Assembly: GCA_903889565.1 (NCBI GenBank)
Contig: CAISYC010000048.1
Span: forward strand, 1,680 to 65,679
Length of the DNA: 64,000 nucleotides
From: an uncultured beta proteobacterium
GTDB lineage: Bacteria > Pseudomonadota > Gammaproteobacteria > Burkholderiales > SG8-41
Direction of reading: 5' to 3'
Shown: positions 55,194 through 62,926 of the stretch, one piece after another
Layout of the letters: every line of letters begins with the position of its first letter
How positions within the stretch are numbered: position 1 is the first letter of the stretch
Made by a program: the position numbers and the translations under genes
The notes under the pieces: model-generated
Told to the model about the DNA's origin: nothing
Databases searched by the model: none
The model's input: the letters and a program-made list of their open reading frames with translations, nothing else

Positions 55194-56157
55194 TCACGCG
55201 ACGCTGCTGCTCGCCGGCGCCATCGCTGCGGGGCTGCCGCCAACGACACCGGCACAGAATTATCCATCCAAGCCACTGCGCCTGATCGTGCCCTTCCCGC
55301 CCGGCGGCGGTAACGATATTCTGGGCCGCACGGTTGCGCAGCAACTGTCGCAGATCAACGGCCAGCAGGTTATCGTCGATAACCGCGGCGGCGCCGGCGG
55401 CCTGATCGGCGCCGATCTCGCGGCGCATGCGGTGCCCGACGGTTATACGATATTTCTCGCCAGCATCGGCAACCTGGCATTCACCCCCGCGCTAAATGCA
55501 AAACTGCCCTACGATCCGGTAAGGGATTTTGCGCCGGTGACACGATTGGCAACCTCGGCCTTTCTATTGGTGGTCAATCCGGCGGTGCCTGCCAAATCGG
55601 TGAAGGAACTGATCGCGCTGGCGAAGGCCAAACCTGGTTCGCTCAACTACGCCTCGGCCGGACAGGGCTCATCGCTGCATCTGACCAGCGAGATTTTCAA
55701 ACTCGCCACCGGCACCGACCTCGTGCACGTTGCCTACAAGGGCAGCGCGCCGGCGCTGACCGATCTGATCGCGGGCCAGGTGCAGCTGATGTTCGGCACC
55801 ATGCCGGCCACACTGCCGATGGCGAAGTCCGGCAAGCTGCGCGCGCTCGGCGTGTCGGGCGCCAAACGCGCCGCCGCCGCGCCCGAGGTGCCGACGATCG
55901 CCGAGGCCGGCGTGCCGGGCTTCGAAGTATTGAACTGGTACGGCATCGCGCTGCCCGCCAACACGCCGCAGGCCATTGTGCGCAAGCTCAACAGCGATCT
56001 GCGCAGCGCGCTGGCGGCGCCGCCGATGACGGAAGCACTGTTCGGTCAGGGCCTGGAGCCGGCTGGCGGCACGCCGGCGGAATTCGGCGACTTCATCAAA
56101 TCCGAAATCGCCAAATACAGCAAGGTCGTGAAAGCGGCGAACATCCGCCTCGAGTAG
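55186..56157 (+). CDS. Bug family (TctC-like) substrate-binding protein
   Basis: MRNHATLLLAGAIAAG signal, then YPSKPLRLIVPFPPGGGND and DNRGGAGG motifs. ATG 55186 overlaps the pcaD-like 2 stop by 8 nt. Confidence 0.85.
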   Translation: MRNHATLLLAGAIAAGLPPTTPAQNYPSKPLRLIVPFPPGGGNDILGRTVAQQLSQINGQQVIVDNRGGAGGLIGADLAAHAVPDGYTIFLASIGNLAFTPALNAKLPYDPVRDFAPVTRLATSAFLLVVNPAVPAKSVKELIALAKAKPGSLNYASAGQGSSLHLTSEIFKLATGTDLVHVAYKGSAPALTDLIAGQVQLMFGTMPATLPMAKSGKLRALGVSGAKRAAAAPEVPTIAEAGVPGFEVLNWYGIALPANTPQAIVRKLNSDLRSALAAPPMTEALFGQGLEPAGGTPAEFGDFIKSEIAKYSKVVKAANIRLE

Positions 56158-56162
56158 CGCGG

Positions 56163-57140
56163 CTAGTCGAGCCCGAGCAGAAAAACCGCGAACTGGTCGC
56201 CGGCATCGGCCCAGCACTTTAGCGTCGCATAACCGGCGTCGCGCGCGAGCTGCTCGAATCCGGCAATCGAATACTTGCAGGAAATTTCCGTCAGCATCGA
56301 TTCGCCGGCGGCGAATTCGATGCGCCGCGCTCCCATGGTCACGGTCTGCGCGCGCGTGGCTTCGAGATGCATTTCAATGCGCCCCGCCGCCGCATCGTAA
56401 AACGCGCGATGCCTGAACGCGTCGCAATCAAAGTCGGCGCCCAACTCGCGATTGAAACGCGTGAGCAGATTGAGATTGAATGCGGCGGTGACGCCCGCGG
56501 CGTCGTTGTAGGCCGCATCAAGACGCGCCGCATCCTTGATCAGATCGACGCCGATCAGCGCGCGGCCGCCGGCGCCCAGCAGCGGCGCCCAGTGCGCGAG
56601 AAAATCGCGCGCAGCCGCGGGCGTGAAATTGCCGATGGTCGAGCCGGGAAAATACAGCACGCGCCGCTGTGCCGCCGGCAGACACGCCGCGGCGAGATCG
56701 ACCGCCTGCTCGAAATCGGCGCGCAGCGCGATCGTCTGCATGCGCGGAAACCCGCGCGACAGGGCATCGCAGGAGGCTCTGAGCTGCTCTTCGGCGATAT
56801 CGACGGCGACAAAGGCTTTCGGCTGCAGCGCTTCGAGCAGGCGCTGCGACTTGGCGCTGTTGCCGCAACCGATTTCGATCAGCGCGCAATCGCCGGCGAG
56901 GGCCGCGGCCATCGCCGGCGCCTGCGCCGTCATGATCGCCAGCTCGGTGCGCGTCGGATAATACTCGGGCAGCGCGCAGATGGCGTCGAAGAGCTCGCAG
57001 CCGCGCGCATCGTAAAAGTATTTCGGCGCAACACGCTTCGGCGTCCGCGCGAGTCCGGCGAGCACATCGTCGAGCATGGCGGCCTGCGGCGGCAACAGAT
57101 CGTGGTACGCGTAGCGCGTCATCAGCGGCGGAGCATTCAC
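56163..57140 (-). CDS. egtD: L-histidine N(alpha)-methyltransferase (EgtD-like)
   Basis: Collinear by memory with mycobacterial EgtD. Shared motifs: PKYFYDARGCELFDAICALPEYYPTRTE, FPGSTIGNFTP, YNDAAGVTAAFNLN, RIEMHL and MLTEISCKY. Confidence 0.8.
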   Translation of the reverse strand: MNAPPLMTRYAYHDLLPPQAAMLDDVLAGLARTPKRVAPKYFYDARGCELFDAICALPEYYPTRTELAIMTAQAPAMAAALAGDCALIEIGCGNSAKSQRLLEALQPKAFVAVDIAEEQLRASCDALSRGFPRMQTIALRADFEQAVDLAAACLPAAQRRVLYFPGSTIGNFTPAAARDFLAHWAPLLGAGGRALIGVDLIKDAARLDAAYNDAAGVTAAFNLNLLTRFNRELGADFDCDAFRHRAFYDAAAGRIEMHLEATRAQTVTMGARRIEFAAGESMLTEISCKYSIAGFEQLARDAGYATLKCWADAGDQFAVFLLGLD

Positions 57141-57179
57141 ATCGAACCGCGCGCAACATCAGCCCGCGCGGCGCAGGGA

Positions 57180-58106
57180 TCAGCCGAGCGGTGTGCGGCC
57201 GAGGCGGCTTTCCAGCCACTTCTTGATGCGGTTGGCATCGCCCATGCGCGTGTTCTTGCCCCAGGAATCAAGCAGCACGATCACCACCGGTCGCGCGGCG
57301 ATTTTCGCCTGCATGACGAGACAGCGACCGGCTTCGCTGATGTAACCGGTCTTGGACAGGCCGATTTCCCACGACGGATTTTTCACCAGCCCGTTCGAAT
57401 TGCGGAATTGCAGGCTGCGCCCGCGCGCGGTTTCGACATCGTGCGCTGCGGTGGTGGTGAACTCGCGGATCAGCGGATATTCGTAGGCGGCCTTCACGAT
57501 CTTGACAAGATCCTGCGCGGTGGACACGTTTTCGCTCGACAGGCCGGTCGGATCGACATAACGCGTGTTGAACATGCCGAGCTCGACGGCCTTGCGGTTC
57601 ATCGCAGCAACGAAGGCCTCGCGCCCGCCGGGATAGGCGCGGCTCAGGGAGGCGGCCGCGCGGTTCTCCGAGGACATCAGGGCGAGGCGCAGCATGTCGG
57701 CGCGCGACAGGCCGGTGCCGACGTTAAGGCGCGAGCTGGTGTGCTTCAATTGGTCGACATCGGCGTGGTCGATGACGATGGTTTCATCGAGCGGCAGGCC
57801 GGCCTCCAGCGTGACCACTGCGGTCATCAGCTTGGTGATCGATGCGATCGGCGTGACGTGCTCGACGTTCTTGCCGTAGATGACCTGGCCGTCGGCCATG
57901 TCGACAACCAGCGCAATGGTGGATTTCAGGCTTGGCAGACCGGCGGCAGCCAAGCCGGCGTGGGTGGCGCCCTTCAGATCGGATTTGCCCGGCGCGACTT
58001 TTGCCGCGGTTTCGCCGGCTGCGCTGCCCGGCAGTGGCGCCGCCAGCCATCCGATTGCAGCGGCCACCACGGCTACTCGACGCCAGTTTCGCGCTTTGCG
58101 CACCAT
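57180..58106 (-). CDS. pbpG: D-alanyl-D-alanine endopeptidase (PBP7/PbpG-like, S11 family)
   Basis: Signal peptide, then SxxK (ASITKLMT), SxN (SSEN) and KTG (SKTGYI) motifs. The ORF was trimmed to ATG 58106. Confidence 0.85.
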   Translation of the reverse strand: MVRKARNWRRVAVVAAAIGWLAAPLPGSAAGETAAKVAPGKSDLKGATHAGLAAAGLPSLKSTIALVVDMADGQVIYGKNVEHVTPIASITKLMTAVVTLEAGLPLDETIVIDHADVDQLKHTSSRLNVGTGLSRADMLRLALMSSENRAAASLSRAYPGGREAFVAAMNRKAVELGMFNTRYVDPTGLSSENVSTAQDLVKIVKAAYEYPLIREFTTTAAHDVETARGRSLQFRNSNGLVKNPSWEIGLSKTGYISEAGRCLVMQAKIAARPVVIVLLDSWGKNTRMGDANRIKKWLESRLGRTPLG

Positions 58107-58266
58107 CGTATTCTCCCGACCGGCCGCCCCGAAGCGCGGCGGATTCCGTTGCGTGGCTGCCTCGCGCGGCTCCAGTACGGTCCGCGGAAACAGCATTCAA
58201 AAATATCGAGTTACGCTGCGATCTTAACAGAAACTCTGGACAAAATCCGCAAATCGGAGAGGGTCT

Positions 58267-58464
58267 TCAGCGATGCTCGCCGATCGCCTTGATCGCCCAC
58301 ATCACGCACTCCTGCAACCTCACCACGGCGTGCTCGCGCGCAGCCGACGGTGGCGCCATGTCGATCGAATCATAGAGTTCCTCGGCCAGCTTGATCACAC
58401 GATCGACGATTTCACTTTCATTGGAACTCAGCTGCAATGGTTCCCTGCGAAATTTGACGGCCAT
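58267..58464 (-). CDS. hypothetical 65-aa helical cytoplasmic protein
   Basis: A perfect Shine-Dalgarno (AGGAGG) lies 5 nt upstream of the ATG, and the gene starts 33 nt downstream of the czcA-like stop. It has no signal peptide, and I do not recognise a family. Confidence 0.6.
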   Translation of the reverse strand: MAVKFRREPLQLSSNESEIVDRVIKLAEELYDSIDMAPPSAAREHAVVRLQECVMWAIKAIGEHR

Positions 58465-58497
58465 GGATCCTCCTGAGTTGGTAACCGGCGGGTAAAA

Positions 58498-61400
58498 CTA
58501 GACCAAAGGCTGTTCCGAGGCAGTGATGCGGCGCTGTTCCGAGAATACCGGGAACAGCAAGGGCAGCAGCAGCAAGGTGAACAAGGTCGCCGACACGATG
58601 CCGCCGACAATAACCACGGCGAACGGGCGCTGCGTTTCGGAACCGATACCGTGTGACAGCGCCGCCGGCAACAAGCCGATACCAGCCATCAACGCGGTCA
58701 TGATGATCGGCCGCAGGCGCGACACCGCCCCCTCGAGCACCGCCTCGGCGAGCCCCTTGCCATTGCGCATGTATTCCATGAACTGCTCGACCATGATGAC
58801 GCCGTTCTGCACCGAGATACCGGCCACTGCGATAAAGCCCACCGCCGACGACACCGAAAGATGCAGCCCGGCGATGGCGAGACCGGCGAGACCGCCGACC
58901 AGCGTAAACGGCACCATCAGCAGCACCAGGATCGCGCGGCGAACCGAACCGAAGACCCAGAACAGCAGGACGAATATCGAAAACACCGATAACGGGATGA
59001 TCACCTTCAGGCGCGCGATCGCACGCTGCTGATTCTCGAACTGGCCGCCCCAGGTCATGTAATAACCCTCCGGTAGCCTGACCGTGGCGGCGACTTTTTT
59101 CATTGCCTCGGCGACGAAACTGCCCTGATCGCGTCCGAGCAGGTTGGCCTTGATCGCCACATTGCGGCCGCCGGCCTCGCGCGAAACCCGGCCGGCGCCC
59201 TGCCTGACTGCGATATCGGCAATCATGCCCAGCGGAATCGTGCCGCCGCCGCTGGGCAGCGCAATCGGCAAGTCGTCGACATCATCGACCGCGTCGCGAA
59301 ACTCGCCGCCTATCCGTATTGTTACGTCGAAGCGCCGGTCCCCCTCGTAAAAAGTGTTGACCACGGCACCTGCAAACGCCGACTGTACGGTTGCGTTGAC
59401 GTCATTGACATTGATGCCGTAGCGCGCCATGCGCGTGCGGTCCAGCGTCACAGTCAACTCGGTCTGGCCGCCGATCTTGAACACGCCGACATCGGCAGCG
59501 CCGTTGATCGAATTAAGGACGTCGGCGATCTGCCCGCTCTTGTCCTCGAGAATCTGCAGGTCGGGGCCGAACACCTTGACGACGATTTCGCCACGCGCGC
59601 CGGAAATCGCCTCGTTCAAATTGTCTTCGATGACCTGCGAGAAGTTGGTCTGGATGCCGGGCATGACGCGGATCTTCTTCGTCATGTCCTCGATCATCGC
59701 GTCCTTGGTCGCAAAACGCCAGGTTTCGCGCGGCTTCAGGTCAGCCTTGATTTCCAGGTTGTACGGCCCTTTCGGATCGGTGCCGTCGTCGGGGCGGCCG
59801 ATCTGCGTCACCACGCTGGCGACTTCCGGGTAATCGAGCAGCACCTTGCGCACCTGTTTCTCGACATCCTTGGTGCGCTGGATGTTGGCCGACGGCGGCA
59901 GCGTGATCACCAGCCAGATATTGCCTTCATCGAGCTTGGGCAGAAACTCGCTGCCGAGTTTGGGCGCCAGCAGCAACGCTGCGGCGAGTATGCAGACGCA
60001 GACCGCCACGATCGACTTGCGGCGCGTCTCGGCGCGCAACAGCATGCCGCGGTACCACTGCTGCAGGCGGTGCATCCATTCGCTGTGCTTCTCGGCAAGA
60101 CTGCCCTTGTGCAACGAATAACTGAGCAGCGTCGGCACCAGCGTCAGCGTCAGCAGAATGGCGCCGAGGAGCGCGAACGACAGCGTATAGGCCATCGGCG
60201 AAAATATTTTGCCTTCGACACGCTGGAAAGTGAAAATCGGCAGGAAGGCGAGAATGATGATCGCCTTCGAAAACAGGATCGGTCGCCCGAGATCGACGGC
60301 GGTCGCTTTCAGCGTGTGCATGCGCCAGCCGTAACCAGTGTGAAGCGGATTGCCTTCCGTCGCGCCGACCGCCAGCCGCACCATCAACGCTTCGACCAGC
60401 ACCACCGCGCTGTCGATAATGATGCCGAAATCGACCGCGCCCAGCGATATCAGATTGGCGCCGACGCCGCGCGCGTCCATCAGGACAAAGGCGAACAGCA
60501 GCGACAGCGGAATCACCGTTGCCACCGTCAGCGCGGCCTGCCAGTTGCGCAGAAAAATCAGCAGTATCACCACCACGAGCGAGGCACCGATCGCGAGGTT
60601 TTCCGTCACGGTGTGCACGGTATGCTCAACCAGTTCGGTGCGGTCGTAATGCGGATGCAGACTGACACCGGGCGGCAGCCGCGGCGCGAGCTTGGCGATT
60701 TCAACCTTCAGATCCTCGACCACCTTGGTCGCGTTCTGGCCCTTGGTCATCTGCACGATGCCCTGCACCACGTCTTCGCGATCGTTGAATCCGACCAGCC
60801 CGGATAACGGCCGCGCGCCGATGCGCACCACCGCCAGATCGCCGACCTGAATCGGGCGCCCGTTGCGGGAGGCAACGACCACGCGCGCGATGTCGTCCAG
60901 ATTGCGGTATAGACCAATGCCGCGAATAACCAGCGCTTCGTCGCCGCGCGGCAGGATGCCGCCGCCGGTGTTGGCGCTGTTCGAGGTGACTGCCTGTGCA
61001 ACCTGATCGATCGTAATGCCGAACTTGCGCAGCATGAACGGATTGACCCGCACCTGGTATTCCTTGACGCGACCGCCGAAACTGACAATATCGGCCACGC
61101 CCTGCGTGCGGCGCAGCGCCGGTTTGATCACCCAGTCCTGCAGGGCGCGCACTTCGTATAGCGGCATATCGGCCGGCGCATCAACGATGTAGCGGTAGAT
61201 TTCACCGACTGCGTTGGTCAACGGCGCCACCGTCGCCTGAATGCCCGTCGGCAGGTTCACATCGACCAGGCGCTCGAGCACCTGCTGGCGGGCAAAGTAA
61301 TCGTTGGTGCCGTCGGAGAACGTCAGCGTCACCACCGACAAACCGGTGATCGAGACCGAACGCAGATTGGTCATGCGCGGCACGCCGCTCATCTGCAGTT

Positions 61401-61608
61401 CGATCGGCAGGGTGACCGAGCGTTCGACCTCTTCGGGCGCCTGCCCCGGCGCCTGCGTGATGATCTGCACCTGCACGTCCTGCACGTCGGGGAAGGCCTC
61501 GACCGGCAGGTTCTTCCACGCATACCAGCCCGAAATCGCCACCGCCAGCGACACGGCCAGCACGAATACGCGCTCCTGCAGCGCAAAGGTGATCAGGCGG
61601 TCGAGCAT
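58498..61608 (-). CDS. czcA: heavy-metal efflux RND permease (CzcA/CusA superfamily, divalent-cation type)
   Basis: 1036 aa. The N-terminus (MLDRLITFALQERVFVL) is characteristic. TM4 carries the motif VDFGIIIDSAVVLVE (DFG..D....E), typical of Czc-like HME transporters. Confidence 0.85.
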   Translation of the reverse strand: MLDRLITFALQERVFVLAVSLAVAISGWYAWKNLPVEAFPDVQDVQVQIITQAPGQAPEEVERSVTLPIELQMSGVPRMTNLRSVSITGLSVVTLTFSDGTNDYFARQQVLERLVDVNLPTGIQATVAPLTNAVGEIYRYIVDAPADMPLYEVRALQDWVIKPALRRTQGVADIVSFGGRVKEYQVRVNPFMLRKFGITIDQVAQAVTSNSANTGGGILPRGDEALVIRGIGLYRNLDDIARVVVASRNGRPIQVGDLAVVRIGARPLSGLVGFNDREDVVQGIVQMTKGQNATKVVEDLKVEIAKLAPRLPPGVSLHPHYDRTELVEHTVHTVTENLAIGASLVVVILLIFLRNWQAALTVATVIPLSLLFAFVLMDARGVGANLISLGAVDFGIIIDSAVVLVEALMVRLAVGATEGNPLHTGYGWRMHTLKATAVDLGRPILFSKAIIILAFLPIFTFQRVEGKIFSPMAYTLSFALLGAILLTLTLVPTLLSYSLHKGSLAEKHSEWMHRLQQWYRGMLLRAETRRKSIVAVCVCILAAALLLAPKLGSEFLPKLDEGNIWLVITLPPSANIQRTKDVEKQVRKVLLDYPEVASVVTQIGRPDDGTDPKGPYNLEIKADLKPRETWRFATKDAMIEDMTKKIRVMPGIQTNFSQVIEDNLNEAISGARGEIVVKVFGPDLQILEDKSGQIADVLNSINGAADVGVFKIGGQTELTVTLDRTRMARYGINVNDVNATVQSAFAGAVVNTFYEGDRRFDVTIRIGGEFRDAVDDVDDLPIALPSGGGTIPLGMIADIAVRQGAGRVSREAGGRNVAIKANLLGRDQGSFVAEAMKKVAATVRLPEGYYMTWGGQFENQQRAIARLKVIIPLSVFSIFVLLFWVFGSVRRAILVLLMVPFTLVGGLAGLAIAGLHLSVSSAVGFIAVAGISVQNGVIMVEQFMEYMRNGKGLAEAVLEGAVSRLRPIIMTALMAGIGLLPAALSHGIGSETQRPFAVVIVGGIVSATLFTLLLLPLLFPVFSEQRRITASEQPLV

Positions 61609-61623
61609 GATGCGCCGCGCCGG

Positions 61624-62784
61624 CTAGTCGACACCGGCAAGTTCTGAATTGAGCAGCAGCGCGCCGCCGGTGACCACGCGATCGCCTTCACCAAGGCCGC
61701 TCTTGACGTAGCTGACACTGCGCCCCTCCAGCCCGAGTTCAACGCGTTTGCGTTCGAAGGTGCCGGGCGACTTTTCTACGAAGACGAAACTGTAGAGACC
61801 CTCGGTGATCAGCGCAGAATTCGCAATCCGCGGCAGCAGGTTCTGCGTGCCGGCGAGCGGCGTAACCCGCGCATACATCTCCGGTTTGAGCAGGCGCTTC
61901 GGATTATCCAGCACGCAACGCACCTGCACCCGGCGGGTCGATGGATCGAGCACTTCGCCGATCGATGCCACTTTGGCTGCAAAGCGCTCTTCGGGATAGG
62001 CATCGACCTCAACCACCACGTCCTGTTTGACCTTGATCGCGCGGAGATTGGGCTCGGGCAAATCGATGATTACCCACAGGTGCAACGGATCGGTAATGAC
62101 GAACAGCGGGTTGGGCAGATCGGGCCGCACCTCGACGCCCGGATTGATCGATCGTTCGGCCACGATACCGGCAATCGGCGCGCGCAGTTCATAGCCGCCG
62201 GGCGCATTGCGGACGTTGCCGTGATCGAGATTGCGCAGGCGCAGTTTGGCGCGCGTGTTTTCCGCTTCCGACTGGCGCAGGTCGCTTTCGGCCGCTTCGT
62301 GATCCTTGCGCGCGATGACGCCGGCCGCGAACAACTCGTCGGCACGACCGAAAGCACGCTGTTTCAATTGCAGATCCGCGGCCGATTTGTCGACGTCGGC
62401 GACTGCGGCGGCAAAATCCGGCGCGTCGATCACCACCAGCAACTGGCCGGCTGCGACGCGGTCGCCGGGCTGCACCAATATTCGAGTGACGCGGCCGGCG
62501 ATTGGCGAGCTCACGCGCGCGGTGTGATCCTCGTCGTAGGCGACACGCGCGCTCAGCGGATCGAGCAGGGGCTCCGGCAGCAGCACCACGGGTTCGACCT
62601 TGATGAAATTGAGCTGGGTCGATCCGGCAGGGAAGCTCAGTTCGTTCTTGCGCGGCGAAGTCGGCCCTTTGACCTCCTCGGTGTGATCGCCGAATTGCGC
62701 AACCAGCCAGGGGTAACCCCAGTGCACCGCGACACCAACCAGGGTGAGCCCCAGCATGCCGATAACGATTTGACGGGTTTTCAC
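61624..62784 (-). CDS. efflux RND periplasmic adaptor (membrane fusion protein, CzcB-like)
   Basis: N-terminal TM anchor, followed by lipoyl, coiled-coil (AESDLRQSEAENTRAKLRL) and beta-barrel regions. Confidence 0.85.
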   Translation of the reverse strand: MKTRQIVIGMLGLTLVGVAVHWGYPWLVAQFGDHTEEVKGPTSPRKNELSFPAGSTQLNFIKVEPVVLLPEPLLDPLSARVAYDEDHTARVSSPIAGRVTRILVQPGDRVAAGQLLVVIDAPDFAAAVADVDKSAADLQLKQRAFGRADELFAAGVIARKDHEAAESDLRQSEAENTRAKLRLRNLDHGNVRNAPGGYELRAPIAGIVAERSINPGVEVRPDLPNPLFVITDPLHLWVIIDLPEPNLRAIKVKQDVVVEVDAYPEERFAAKVASIGEVLDPSTRRVQVRCVLDNPKRLLKPEMYARVTPLAGTQNLLPRIANSALITEGLYSFVFVEKSPGTFERKRVELGLEGRSVSYVKSGLGEGDRVVTGGALLLNSELAGVD

Positions 62785-62926
62785 TTTTGATTATCTGGGC
62801 GGCGGAAAAAACGGCGTATTCTGGCAGTCCAATGTATACGCGTAAACCATTTGTTAACGTAGCGACACGCTAACACGCGGCAGTAAGTATTATTTCGTAC
62901 GTACCGTTGTCGCTGCATAACTAGCC

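Noticed and set aside
56367-58292. 641-aa + strand ORF
   Set aside because: Antisense to the egtD-like and pbpG-like genes, which are strongly supported by motifs.
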